Counted from the stretch's first letter, positions 1 to 15,036 are shown. The stretch: 64,000 nucleotides of DNA from Amoebidium appalachense (GCA_963693365.1 CAVNZM010000014.1:3224001-3288000); one strand, 5' to 3'. Program-made: numbers and translations. The notes: a model not told the origin generated them from the letters alone.

Positions 1-9
1 TAGGGGGGC

Positions 10-192
<183 letters not shown>

Positions 193-2507
193 AACGAGGG
201 TGGGAGGGGGGAGAAGGGGGGGAGGGGGCCCGGGGGGGAGGGGGAGGGGGAGGGGGGAGAAATAGGCGGGGATAGTGGTGGTGTTCGTGGGGGTATGGTG
301 GTGGTGGGTGGGTGGGTGGACCCCCTAGTGTGTGTGTGTGTGTGTGTGTGTTGTGAAACTTCGGAGAAAATGCGCAATGTGCTTTCCAGTGTTGGCAGTG
401 CATGGAATGATTGGTTACCAACATTCCCTTGAGCAAAAAGAAATCATACAGCATACATTCCCCCGAGGAAAAAAATCAAGTGAGATTAAAGTAGCCGTAT
501 GAAGAATGGTTGTGATGAATTTCAAAACGGCAACAGCACCACTCCAGCCCATTTTCATCGCTGTCATATTATTGCGGCAAGGGTATATATGATCAAATCG
601 TGCATGTACATTCATCACACCATGTCACACATGCGCCACACCTATGAAAGTTTGCTTTGTACCTGGGCGTTCCATTTCTTCTCCCCCCATGTGATAATCA
701 GAAGCTGGCTTGCATTAACACAAAAAAATGTCTTGTTGCACTCGTGCGGTTTTTCGACTTGGAATGGGGTCACAATTTTATGGTGTATTTGAATTTGCGC
801 AGTCGCTGAAATCCATGGATTTGTATACATTCACATGCATGCAATGCCGCGGTCTTGGGTTGTGCCCACGGCTCCGCGTATATACTGTAGGAACCTCGGA
901 AGGTGTTGATCATGATAAACATTAATGACACTAATATTGGTACTGTGTGCATGTGGGAGCAGGGGACTTTGAAAACTGAGTGTGAAGGATTCTAGTTGTG
1001 TATGTGTGCGTTTTCGGAATCATAACACACACTCTGTAATGTGATGCCACACACGGTTTTTGTTCCCCCAGTGTATATACCATGCTACATGAAAGGTTTT
1101 CTAATACTCCCAGGCCATTGAATCGATGCTTCGAAGTGTTCGCTGCAATTCCCAGTCCTCGGCAAAGCCTCCATCCCCCCCCCCCCCCCCCCCCCCCCCC
1201 GTTTCATCTTTTCAGATACGTTTACCGTAGCCCCTCTTTTCTGTTCGAATGGGTAAAAAGGAGAAGGGGTAAGGAGAGGGTGGGGAGAAGGCCTAAAGCA
1301 CTCGTTTTCTTTTGAAATTTACACACCCTCAAGGGTACCACCTACTTTCGTTGAACTTCGCCAAATACGTCGCACTGCAAGACTTGGGGGAGATTGAAGT
1401 TGTGTGTGCACGGGTTCGACACAACAGAAAACATAGGCCGAAAGGGCGAGCAGCTTTTTATAGAAGGGAAGGCCAAGAAATGGCTTGGAGCCGGTGAATG
1501 GTAAGGGCCCCGTTTTGTGGGTGCTCGCTCTTCGGCTTTGCTCTTGGTTCGTGGGTGAGAATCGTGGCGACCAATCAACTGGAACTTCAAATACTTTCAA
1601 GATCTGCTTGAGTCCCCCTCTCTAAATTTTCTCACTAGATTAAAAGTATTCTCGGCTGCACCCAAAAGTTTAAGTAAAGATATATAGTTTTGTAATGTAT
1701 AATATTTACACTTAACTACAATTAGTGTATGGATTGGTTAATAAGGATAACACGGGCACAAATATACTGAATTCATGCGAGACGTTTCATTTCCTACCCA
1801 GGAGAAAAATGTCATGATGGTGTAGGGGGATTCCCTGCCTCTCTGCGTGCTACTGTGGAGCGGCAAAGTGGCTCATAGAGCTTTTAGATTGGCTTACACT
1901 TACTTTTATTCTATTGGTTCATCAAGCACCATAAAAGCACAATAACCATATATGGTATACATCTGGTGTGTCACAGGTAGAGCAGAGTACAGTAGCCGAA
2001 AAAATGGTACCTGAGCTGACATATGTTTCATTAGCTAATAATATAGATATAGTTCAAATATTTTGAAGGGCTTTGCGAACCGTGCACAGTTTAGGCCCAG
2101 CACTCAGCAGCACGCCGTGTAGCCTACTCAGTAATGTACATATAGCACATATTCAACGGTCACATGTTCAAGCAGCAACGTCCTGATTGGATCTACACGT
2201 ATCATGCTTACGTCATCAGAATGGAGCAAAAAACGAGAAAACGGAAGAGTCTGAAACTGGTTGAAACACAGTTCGTGCGGCCTGTTTACGTATACAGGAC
2301 TGTAATACTTGGCAGAAAAGGAAAAGAGAAACCCAAGGTTGCAGCCTGAGATATATGCTGTAGATTTAGGCCCTGAACTTGCTCTTACACAATCAAGTTG
2401 GGGTGGAAAATGAGTTAGCGTTGCGCTTGCAGAAGGAAATAGGGAGGGGAACGAGAGGAAGAAAACTAGGAGGGGAGAGAGAGAGGGAAAACACAGCGGC
2501 AGGGAAA

Positions 2508-2896
2508 ATGGATGCCCATGCTAAAATCCATGCGTCATCCCTGCCACGCGATGGCCTGGGGAGAAGTACGGAGGCGGATGTTCTTGGATTTTTTGCTTGG
2601 TTCCAATCGTTTGTGCCCTTGAAAAGCGCGGAGTCGGCATCGCTTTTTTGGACAACATGCGCACTGCACTTTTTCATCATCAGTGCGTTTTACTGCTCCA
2701 GGTATGTTAGTTATGTTGCTGGATCAATAACTGTTTGGACGTAATCCATATGCAAAAAAAATCTTGTCGTATGCAAGAAAAATTTGTGAGAGTTTTCTTG
2801 TAGGAGTAGAAGAGAAGGTAGCCACATGTGGCAGGGGCTTGGCTATTGAGTGAAGATAGAACCGGTTGAGGAGGGGTGGAAGGGGGAGGTGAGGCT

Positions 2897-2937
<41 letters not shown>

Positions 2938-3740
2938 GGGGGGGGGGGGGGGAGGGGGGGGGGGGGAGGGGGGCAGGCATAAGGTTAGGGAAAGAGGGAG
3001 GGTAAGGTGGCAATAAGGGACTAAGAAATACGGTGAAAGGGAAATGCACGAGTGCATGTGGAAGGATGCAAGAGGAACTTAAGCATGGCAAGGGAGAAAG
3101 GGCGGAGGAGGAGATGGGATTGCAAACGTGGGTATCTGGGCTAGATACCAGAAGCGGAGGTTTTTGGAACATGTATGTAGTCTGTTTGCGAGTGTCTTTG
3201 CTGATTCTTGTTTAGGCCTCCTGTGTTAACGATTTCCTGGAAGTCTGAACTATTGTGCTCCCTTGTTGGTGACATGGTGCACAAGGAAGGAAAGGTGAGG
3301 GGGGGAGCGGCTAGCATCCGTATGCGCGTGTATATTTTTTGGCGGCTTGTGTGAATAAGGATGACTGTGTCCAAGAATGTGTAAGTGCATGTATGTCCAA
3401 GCATAAAGTGCTCTACAAACTGCATTGTCCGTTGGCTAACATCAATGCAGCCCTGTGAGAGATGAGGTTGGGGTGCAGACGAAACAGAGCCAGCTGCCGT
3501 ATTTTTTTGCAGGCACACTATTGGTGAGTTGTATGCTGTATTCCGAGGTCCACCGCTTTGAAGCACGTACCGCACAGACACACTTGCAAAGAAAAACATA
3601 TGTATATTTGATTGTGGTATGTAGCGGTGGCGGCCGGGGGGAGAGGGGGTGAGCGGGGGGAAGGGGGGGGGGGGTGGGGGGGGGGGGAGCAGTGGGGTGT
3701 GGGGAGGGGATGGGAAGAGGGTGCACGGGGGTAGAGCCCC

Positions 3741-3781
<41 letters not shown>

Positions 3782-4314
3782 GGGGGAGGGGGGAGGTGAC
3801 GAAGGTGCGTGTTGGTGTGGGTGTGGGTGTGTGGGGGGGGGGACGGGGGGACGAAGGTGTTGTCGGTTAATTTTCATGGATACATCATGGATAGGCCGTC
3901 ATTAGCTTTGAAATTTTTTGGGGGGAATTCTTTTTTTCGGGATGTGGGGTGGGGGGGGTGGGGAGGGTGGGTGGGAAGAGGTGGATGTTGTCTCGTTGTT
4001 TTGCGTACACTTTGAGCTTGATGGCGATGCTGTTCTATGTGGTGCGCTGCGTTCCTCTGTATGTATCGTTGTCAATCCTACTGTGCACGTATCATTATCC
4101 CTGGTAGTGTGTACCTGATGCTAACTGCCCTCCCCCCCCCCCCCCCCCCCCCCCCCCCCAACCCCCACCTCCCTCCCCCTTCCAACCCCCTGCTCCCCGC
4201 CCCCCTCTCTTCCAACCCACTCCACCCCCTCTTCCTCTTTCCCCTGCCACCTCCCCTCTTATTCCCCTCCTACCGACTTCTTGAACCCACACATCCTACC
4301 CTACACCACCACAA

Positions 4315-4350
<36 letters not shown>

Positions 4351-4729
4351 ACCCCCACCCCCTTCCCCTCCCCTCCATCCCACCCTCCCTTGCCCTCCCG
4401 CGCCCCCCTTCCCCCTTCCCCCTTCCCCCTTCCCCCTTCCCCTCCCCCTCCCCCCCCCTTCCCCCCCCCTCCTTCGCACCCTCCCTTGTCCTCCATAGGG
4501 CACGATGATAGTGAATCCAGCCTACAGTTTTGTCACAGCAAAGTATCCCCTCTCTACCGTGGTACCGTGGCTATACAGGGGGTTTGCTATAGTAAACCTG
4601 TCCTTCTTTTTTGGTAGGTGGTTTTTCTGTATATCTTTTAGTTCCTGTTTATTCCAAGCCCCCCTCCCCCCCCCCCCCCCCCCCCCCCCCCCTCCCTGCC
4701 CTCTTCTTCGGCCTGCACATTTTTTTTTT

Positions 4730-4777
<48 letters not shown>

Positions 4778-5156
4778 GGGTATTGTTTTTTTTTTTGTTA
4801 CGTTGTTTGTTTGGTCTTTTGGTGTTTCTCCACTTCCATATTTCCAACCCTCTAATGCATTCTTCCCCCCCCCCCTTCCATCACGTACTCATGCTGCATG
4901 TTGGCGGTGTGTTTTTTCTGTCAACACATAGCTAGTGTCTAAGTTGGCATTTCTCGGAGTGATGTCATTACAATGTCATCATGATGTCGATATGAGGAAT
5001 GATCTAATGGTTGTCTGTGCTTTTATTGATATATGGTGGTGGTGGTGGTGGTGGTGGTGGTGGTGGTGGTGGTGGTGGGGGGGGGGGGGGGGGCTATCAG
5101 TCAGTCATACGCTTGCTCACTCACACTCATTTACACACACACACTCTCTCTCTCTC

Positions 5157-5188
<32 letters not shown>

Positions 5189-5783
5189 TTTCTCCCCACC
5201 TTCTCTTTTTTTTCTTCTCGGCAGGCATGAGGGGCAACTCGAGTGTAGGTGTTGGGTGGCTATTCTAAGTGTGGGTGGGTGTGTTTGCGCTGTTCAACAC
5301 GCCACTCTTCTGGAGTGTCGCAGGGAAACAAAAACTATACTGTGAAATCAAAAATATACCTGGAGAAAACATCACAACCTATTAATTGTTATAGAAGTAA
5401 CTCTTTTTCTTCCCCATTTTTTTCTCTTGCAGGTATGAGCGGGGATTCGAGTGTAGGTGTGGGGTGGCTGTTCTACGTGTGGGTGGGTGTGTTTGCGCTG
5501 TTCAACACGTCACTCTTCTGGAGTGTGGCCTCAAATACCTTCGACCAGGAGGCGGCAACTAGACTCTACGGCCTGATTGCTGCAGGCACGTACCCTGTGT
5601 TTTATTTTTATTTTTTATTTATTTTTATTTTATTTTTATTTTTTGGGTGGGGGGAGGAGGGGGGGAGGGGGGTTGGGGGAGGGAGGGACAGGGAATGGGG
5701 AGGGGGAGAAGGGTCATCGTCGATGTGGGTCAAGGGAGAGGGGGAATCGGGAGGGGGGATGCACGGCTTTCTTCTTCTTCTTT

Positions 5784-5847
<64 letters not shown>

Positions 5848-5885
5848 TGATTTGCCTGGACTTTTTTTCTTTTTTTTTTCTTTTT

Positions 5886-5916
<31 letters not shown>

Positions 5917-6032
5917 GTGGGGGGGGGGGGAAGGGGGTGGGGGAAGGGAGGGGGAGCGGGGGGAGGGGAGATCTGCGGAATGACAAGGAATTTTTTTAGG
6001 TGGGTGGGTGGGTGGGTGTGGGGGGAGGGGGG

Positions 6033-6083
<51 letters not shown>

Positions 6084-6134
6084 GGGGGCAGAGGGGGGGG
6101 GAGGGGGAGGGTTATAAGATGGTTGTGTGTTGTG

Positions 6135-6165
<31 letters not shown>

Positions 6166-6185
6166 GTGGGGGAAAGGGGAAATGT

Positions 6186-6233
<48 letters not shown>

Positions 6234-6857
6234 CTAAGATGGTTATTGGCCACACATTGACTGATTTGAGTTTTGACACAGGTGGAACCTTAGGGCAAAT
6301 CTTCGGCAGTGGTAAGCACCTCCCTATAACCCCCCTCCCCCCCCCCCCTATCTCTCCTACCTTTTTTTGGGTGGTGGTGGTGGTGGTGGTGGGGGGGGGG
6401 GGGGGGGGCAACACCTCTTCTTGAGGTCAATCTTGGCTTCCCTGGGATCTCCCCTCCCCCCCATGTTCCCTGCACATCCTCCCTCGGTCAGGTAACTGCT
6501 TGTCTACTCTAACATGGGTGTAAGCATACAGGAGTTTACAGGAGCCAACCGAGCACGGGCACAGGCACAGACACATGCACAAAACAGCACACTACACACG
6601 CGCGCGCGCATATATACAATACCACACTACACACACCTACATGTATACAATAGCACACTACACAGACTTACATATATACTATAGCACACTACACGCACAT
6701 GCATATATACAATAGTTTATTACACACACACGCATATATACGATAGCACACTACACACATGCATATATACACTAGCACACTACACACACACCTTCATACA
6801 CACAATAGCACACTACACACACATACATAAACAAACCAGCGCACAACCCCACATTTT

Positions 6858-6928
<71 letters not shown>

Positions 6929-7930
6929 AAACAGGCACGAACATACATGCTCTGGAACACCTGTCCATCTGCAACAAACATCATGTCCAGCTTTAGAGGC
7001 TGGGCAACAAAGTTCGAGAGATCTCTAACCCAGTTGTGAATTGGTGTTGCTAATAAGAGATCTTCGTGTGAAGGGTCGGTGGGGTGGGGTGGGTGCGGTG
7101 GGTGGGTGGGTGGGTGGGTGGGTGGTGGTGGTGGTGGTGGGGGGGGGGGGGGGGGGGGGGGGAGGGGGGGGATAAGGGCATGGGGGAAGATACAGAAAGG
7201 AGGTCGGGGGGGCGCGTGGGGGTGGGGGGGGGGGGGGGGGGGGGAGGGGGGGGGGATAAGGGCATGGGGGAAGATACAGAAAGGAGGTCGGGGGGGCGCG
7301 TGGGGGTGGGGGGGGGGGGGGGGGGGGGGGAGGGTTGGGTTTGAAAAGGGGGGGGGGGGGCAGGAGGGTTGGAGAGAAATGGATATTGGAAAATTGTGCA
7401 GGGTTTCCCAACACAGGCATCCAGATATTGTTAGCACACCTTCGGTATATGGATTGAAATATAGTAGCTCGAACTTCATCTATGGCTGATAGTATTTTGC
7501 CTATCATTTATCGAAAATAGTTGCCAGCCTTCTTATGCATATTCATTCATTAAAGGCTCACGTTATATTTACATGTCTGACGATTCCTCACCTTCCCATA
7601 GAGGGCCTCTAATACCGGACCTTCCATATGCGGTCAATTATATCTCTATAATCTTTATCATTATGTTCTTATAGTCTATTTTTCGCATTATATTTGTATG
7701 TAGTCTTTAAAATTATGTTCTTATTGTTTTTTTTTGCATCATATTTGGATCCTAAAGCTCTAATTAAAGCTCAGCATGTATGACTAATAAAAGCTCACCT
7801 TTCCATATATGGCAGTTATTGCCGGCTGGCTTGCGGCACGCTTTGGCACCGTTTCCTGTCTGCTTGCATCGGCTCTTTTCCTCGAGTGTGGCAGTCGATG
7901 TGTTGTGAGAGTATGTCTTCCTCCCCCCCC

Positions 7931-7963
<33 letters not shown>

Positions 7964-10900
7964 ACTCACTCCCCCCCCCCCCCCCCCCCCTCATCGCCTC
8001 CTCTTCATTCCCTTCCCCCCTCCTCTCTCTCTGCCTTTCCCCCCCCCCCCCCCCCCCCCCCCTCCGCACATCCCTCTCCTCTCACGGCTCAATCTCTCAG
8101 GAGCAACAATGCCAGACATTCTTTTCCTATACAGACATACTTTGTTTGGTGGATGGGAGAGAGAAGGAGAAAAGAATCTGACCGGGCAACGGGGAAAGGG
8201 GGAGGGGGGAGGGGGGAGGACACGGGGAGAGTGTGTGTGTGTGTGTGTGTGAGGGCCGGGGGGAAGGGGGGGTGGAGAGAGTGTGTGTGAGTGTGTTTGT
8301 GTGTGGGGGGGGGGGGGGGGGGGGGGGGAGGAGGGGGGGGCGGCTTGGAAATCGCTTATCATGCCCTACACATCAAACATGTGGATATTGAGGATTGTTT
8401 TTTGCACGATTGGGCAGAAAGAATCCCCCACCCCAACACCATTTCATTTTGTGTGGAAGAGGCTCGCAACATGCTATGGAAGGGACGGCCGCACATTCAC
8501 ACCCGTCTTTTTTGAACATCTGTAAACTTGTGTGTGGTCCCCAATAATACCCGTGCGGCCGCCCCCTCCCCCACCCCCCCACCGCCCCCCCCACCCCCCC
8601 CCTTCTCCTTTGCAGACAAACAAAAAGAAAGCACAGACACACACAGTCCTGCACACCTTTTAACACAGCCGTTGTTCTACTCCCCCCCCCCTCATAAGCA
8701 ACCCTGCTCGTCTCTGATCAAGACGGGTGACCTACTCATGTTCAAGTGAAACAGTATCTGAGTTGGGTTTCGTTAACGAGGGGAATAGGTCGAAACTCGG
8801 GTACTGTGGATGACGTGGGCCCCCCCTGAGGATGGGCTCTGCTTATTATGCATACTCTTTATGTATGGCTTGCATTCTGCATCGTGTTATCCGTTTGTTC
8901 TTGTGTACTTCGTACTTTTTGACGCATTCAAAACCCCCCTCCCCCTCCCCCACCACCACCACCACCACCACCACCTACCCACCCCCCACACTCACACCCA
9001 TGCCTCACACTCACAACCCCCCCCCCCCCCCCCCCCCCCCCCCCGATGCTGCTGTCTGAGTTGGAGAGTCGTATATACGCGGGCTAAGGGGTCGAAACTC
9101 AGACGCAATTGATGACTTGGGCCCTCCCTGAGGATGGGCTCTGCTTATGACGCATACTGTGCGCATGGCTGATGTTGCATACTTGAATGTTTGCCTTTGC
9201 ATGTGTCCTGCACCATGCTTCTCATCGTGTATGCGTACTTCGTAACGTGTTCCGCATTCAACCCCCCCCCCCCCCCCCCCATCCCTTCCCCCCCCCCTCC
9301 CCCTCTTTGCCCTATCCACCCACCCACCTCCCCACCGACACCCTTTCAAACTGAGACACAAGCATGGACTCCTACCTACCCACTCACAACACCCGCCTTG
9401 TACCTGCGCATCTCCCCCCACCCCTCCCCCCCCCCAACACACACACACACACCTACCCCCACCCTTAGCTATCCACACACACACTTGCACTTGAGCACAT
9501 GCATGCATGCACATCCACACCCACCCACTCATCCCTCCCCCCCTCCCCCCCCCTCCCCCTCCCCCTCCCCCTGCCCCTCCCCTCCCCCTCCCCTTACCGC
9601 TCCTCCCCCTCCCGCTCCCTCTTTCCCCCCCCCCCTCTCCCCCTCCCCCCCCCCCCCTCCCCTCACACACACACACACACACACACACAAACACCTACAA
9701 ACCAGATAGCAAAACACGGCAAGTTGGGTCGCTTGGACGCCCGCGGACGCGCCCAAACAGGTGACCAACCCGCCCGTCGTCGCTCATCCGGAGGGTTAGT
9801 TCTGACACGGGGATTCCGAGTGGTTCTCCGATCCCCCATGTTGCTTGGGATTGCAGCGTAGGTTATCCCCCCCTTCTCGCCCCCTCCCTCCCCCCTCCCC
9901 CCCCCCCCCCCCCCCCCCCTCCTTCCCTGTCCGCATCTCTGCCTGCATGCTTTTAATTTGTACCGTTTTATGTTTTATTTTGGGGTTTTTTTTGTTTTTG
10001 TGACCATTTATCTTTTGTCCTTTGGTGTCTTCTCCATATCGCCAACCCTCGAACGCAGACATCATCCCCCCTCCCCCCCTCCCCTCCCCCCTCCCCAGCG
10101 GGCATGTGCTGGTTCAAAGACACACAAAGGAACACACACTAATGTAGCCACACATACACATTCGGTGCGAGGCTAGTGTGTGAGGTGTGTGGGCAAAGCG
10201 TGCAGAGCTCACCTTCAGGCAAACATAGACACAAGCTTACACATGCACACACAGGCACACGCACACAACCACACTTGACACGCACACACCCTTAGCGTGC
10301 GGACACACACACACGTTTGCAGGGGCCGTTCTTTATCTGTAATCTGATTTGCTGCACAATTTCAGACCATTTTTTTTTGATTCTCATTGGCCCGCTACAT
10401 GATTTCTAACCATTTATGGTTATTTTCTCTGTTTTTTTTTGTTCATCACTGACAGAGCCACCCATTCACCATCTAAACACCTCACCGAGCAATATTAACC
10501 CAGCGGCCAGGTGTACACACACACACACATACACTATCTCCATTTTACAAATATATGTCTAATAACCTTTCATGGTTATCTTTCACCTATAATGATCAAT
10601 GTCTTTTATGGGCGTCTTTCACATATATCAACCTTTAATGGTTGTATTTCACGTCAACGTTTAGTTTTATGTTGTCTTTCACGTATACCAACCTTTTATG
10701 GTTATTCTTTACGTACATTAACCTTTTATGGTTATCTTTCACACACGGCCATCGGCCAGTGCAGCTACAGCTTCCTCAGCAAGATGAATTCCTCCTTTGT
10801 GTATTTGGCCTTCCTCACCATGTGGGCTGGCAACCAGACATCCTCCGGGGACCGTGTTTCCTTCATTGCTTCACTAAATACCTATGTGGGGTTTTTAACT

Positions 10901-11545
10901 CTTGGTATGTAAACCCCCCCTTCCCACACCACAACCAACCCCCTCCCCTCTCCCCCCCCACACACACACTCGCACACACACACACAGAGTGACACAAACA
11001 CAAACGTTGCACGCAGGTGCACGCGCGCCCGCGCATACACACACACGCGCGCGCGCGCGCTCACACGGTGTCATACGCACACACACACACACACACACGT
11101 ACACACACAGACACTTGCGCACACGGGCATGGTCGCGTGTGAACGTCGCACGTACATGCACACACACGCACACACACATACACACATACACACACACGCT
11201 TATCTCATTGTGGATAAATTTTGGCACCCTCCTTAGAATGAGCCCTACCCATGTTACAGGTTCCGTATGTGTTCGACATTGCACGTCCCCATTACTACGT
11301 TATCGCGCGTCACCCGCTTTGCACTGTGTAACACAATTTACCCCCCCCCCCCCCCCCCCCCCCAACCAGCCCCCCCCAACCTCAGACGCAATTGATGACT
11401 TGGGCCCTCCCTGAGGATGGGCTCTGCTTATGACGCATACTGTGCGCATGACTGATGTTGCATACTTGAATATTTGCCTTTGCATGTGTCCTGCACCATG
11501 CTTCTCATCGTGTATGCGTACTTCGTACGGTGTTCCACATTCAAC

Positions 11546-11599
<54 letters not shown>

Positions 11600-11706
11600 C
11601 GCCCCATTCCCCTCCTTTTCCCCCTTCACACGCTCTAGAGACCATTCGGAAATTCATGTCGTGTAAGTGATTTGGGTGCTTGTGTTACGGTTTCAATATT
11701 CTGTTG

Positions 11707-11749
<43 letters not shown>

Positions 11750-12045
11750 GTCTGGACATTGAGACCTGCGTGTGGGTGTGTATGTTATGTATTTTTTAAT
11801 ACATTATGGCAGCCATGTATAAAGGAGCGTACGGTCTGAGTGGTGGTTAGGTAGAATTTATAGTGAGAGGATAGAGAGATGGAGGAGGGGAGGAGGGGAG
11901 GGGGATGGAATGGGGGGAGATTTGGGGGGGGGGGGGGGGGGGGGAGGGGGGGAGGGGGGGGAGGGGCTCTTCTGTTGCAAGCAACTGGGCAACCTCGAGG
12001 GTTAACTCGGGCGTCCAACAAGAACCTTATCTCAGCCCCACCAGC

Positions 12046-12092
<47 letters not shown>

Positions 12093-12245
12093 TTCTTTTT
12101 TTTTTCCTTTGGGGGGTGGGGGGTGGGGGGGGAGGGTTGGAGTGGGTTGGAGTAGAAGGGAACGGGGTTGATGAAAGTTAGAACACAACTTTTTAGCAGG
12201 AAGAGCATAACATCCGAGGGGACTGCCTGGGGATGGGAGGAGGGG

Positions 12246-12287
<42 letters not shown>

Positions 12288-13320
12288 GTTTTTGATTGTG
12301 CGGGTTGTGGTGATGTGAGAAAACGGGAGAAAAGGAGAAGTTGCTCCCCTCTCTCCGTGTGTGCAGACAACACTGAGTTTGGGGTTTGGCTTTTTGCAGG
12401 CTGTCAGCTTCTGGGTACAGGACCATTGATATCGAGAATGGGGGTGTCGGCTGGTTTGGTGCGTGTGACCCCCCCCCTTTTTTTCCCCTTTAAGCTTTCT
12501 TTGGAGAAGAAGAAATGTAGTGTCTTCTAAGTTAATTCAAATGTTGATATCGTTGATGGGGGGGATGTCTGGCTTGGTGGGTTTGCACTTCTTTCAGTAG
12601 GCATGCTGTTTGCCCTTCTTTCTTTAAGCGTGCTATGAAATACTGAAATGTCATGTCTATAAGTGTGCCTTTAAGTACCGTACTGATGTGTTGTTGCGCG
12701 TACCTCAAAAAAATCAGTTACTAACCTGCATTATACCCATTTTTCTGACGTGCATACCTATCCAATAATACACAGGGCCTGTTGTCGGCTGTGCATACTG
12801 GTGGGTATGTGCCTTTAAAACGTGTCGCTGGTTTTTGTATGTCGATTTTAAAGGAATCATATTATGTAACACACACCCTTTTTGCCCACGTTTCTGACAT
12901 ATATACCTATCCAAAAATACATAGGGCCTGTTGCCGCTGTGCATATTGGTGGGTATGTCTTGGATAGCCAACTATCCAACCCTGGCCGGTATATCTGCCC
13001 TCAAGATGGCTTACAGTATTTTCAGCTACTCGGTATCTAGGCCCTCAAAGGAAATTCTTTACACTGGTAAGAACCCCCCCCCCCCCCCCCCCTTCCCCTC
13101 ATCGTATTATGTGCTTGAAAACACGCACAAGTATATCTACACACACATACACATGTGCACGAACAAGCGCACACATGAACACGCCCACACACACTCACAC
13201 ACTCACACACTCACGGACACGGACACACACACATGTGTGCACGTCATGAACACACATGCGCGCACACAGTATGAACATGTGTGCGCCCACACACACACAT
13301 GCACACACGCACACACACAC

Positions 13321-13393
<73 letters not shown>

Positions 13394-14361
13394 AACCTGC
13401 CATCTATTGTGAAAACATGCACATGTATCATACCGTCTTTCCTCCCCATTGTGAATGCGCACTTAAGACTGCTCATCACCACACTGATAACCAGTACCAC
13501 ACACTTAATACATCAAAGAGTGCCAGTGAATGTCAATCTGTGCCCATATTGCGTAAACAAAAAAAGAACTCGCCATGATTTGGGCTTTTTACTTCATCCT
13601 GTCCTAACCCCCCCCCCCCCCCCCCCCCCCCCCCTTCCCCCCCTTCCCCCCCCCCCCCCCCCTCTCTCTCTCTCTCTCCCTCCCCCCCCCCCCCATTTCC
13701 CTCTCTCTCTCCCTCCCTCCCTCCTACTGTCTCTCTCTCTCTCCCCCCCGCCTCCCTCCCTTTATCACACACACACACACTCTCTCTCCCTCCCTCCCCT
13801 CCCTCCCCTCCCCCCCCCCCCCCCTCCCCTCCCCACCGTCTTCTCTCCCTTCCCCCCCCCCCCCCCCCCCCCCCCCACCTTTTTAGGGATGGATATGGAG
13901 GCACGGTTCATCGGCAAGAACCTGCTAGACCTTTTCATCACAAGGGCAGGCGATGCCACCGCAGCCACCGTATTTGGGCTTATAGTCAGAAAAGGTACCC
14001 TGTGTGGGTTTTAATGCATTTATTGGTGTGATGCTATTGGTTGCTTATCTCAGGAGATGGTTTTCTTTGAGTTATTGGTGTCTTGTAGTAGCTGTGATGA
14101 TAGTGTGGTGGTTGTGGTGAAAGGGGGCGAGTCGGGAAAGAGAGGGAAAGAGGGGATGGAGGGGGGTGAAGGGGGGGGAGGGGGGGGGGAGAGAGGTTGC
14201 AGGGAGAGAAGGGGGCGGTGGGGGAGGAGGGGGGGATGGGGAAGGGGCTCCTTCCACTCTTCACTCCGTGTCCCTAACTCTCACCCCCCCCACCCTCCCC
14301 CCAACTTACTGTCCTGCATCTGCGTTTTTCGCAGTGTATCGAATCTTTACCATGCTCAGCA

Positions 14362-14395
<34 letters not shown>

Positions 14396-14760
14396 TTCCC
14401 CTCCCTCTGCCTCCCCTCGTTGACGGGACTCACTTGGAGAATGGCCTGTTGATGTTGCATACCCTGTGCATGTGTTTGGTGCCAAATGTTTACGAAAAAA
14501 ATGCATGGTGTTCATGCTCTCTACTGCCTTCTCACCTTCCCCTTTCCCCCCTCCCACCCCCTGCCTTCCCTCCCCCTCCCGCGGTTCTTCCCCTTCCACC
14601 CCACCCCCCTCCCCACCACACCCCTCTCCCTCCCAATTCTTCCCCCCCCCAAAAAAAAAAATCCTTCCTCACCTCCCTCCCCCCCCCCCTCCCCCCCCTT
14701 CTCCCCCGAGAGGATGTGCAACTAGGCAACCCCGAGTACTACACGTTGATCTCCTTCCTC

Positions 14761-14791
<31 letters not shown>

Positions 14792-15005
14792 CCCACCCCA
14801 CCCCCACCCCTCTTCTTCTGTTGTGCTGCGTTCTCTTCTCCCCCTTGGGCCCTCCCTGAGGATGGGCTCTGCTCATGACGCATACTGTGCGCATGGCTGA
14901 TGTTGCATACTTGAATGTTTGCCTTTGCATGTGTCCTGCACCATGCTTCTCATCGTGTATGCTTACTTTGTACTGTGTTCAGCATTCAAACCCCCCCTAC
15001 CCCCC

Positions 15006-15036
<31 letters not shown>

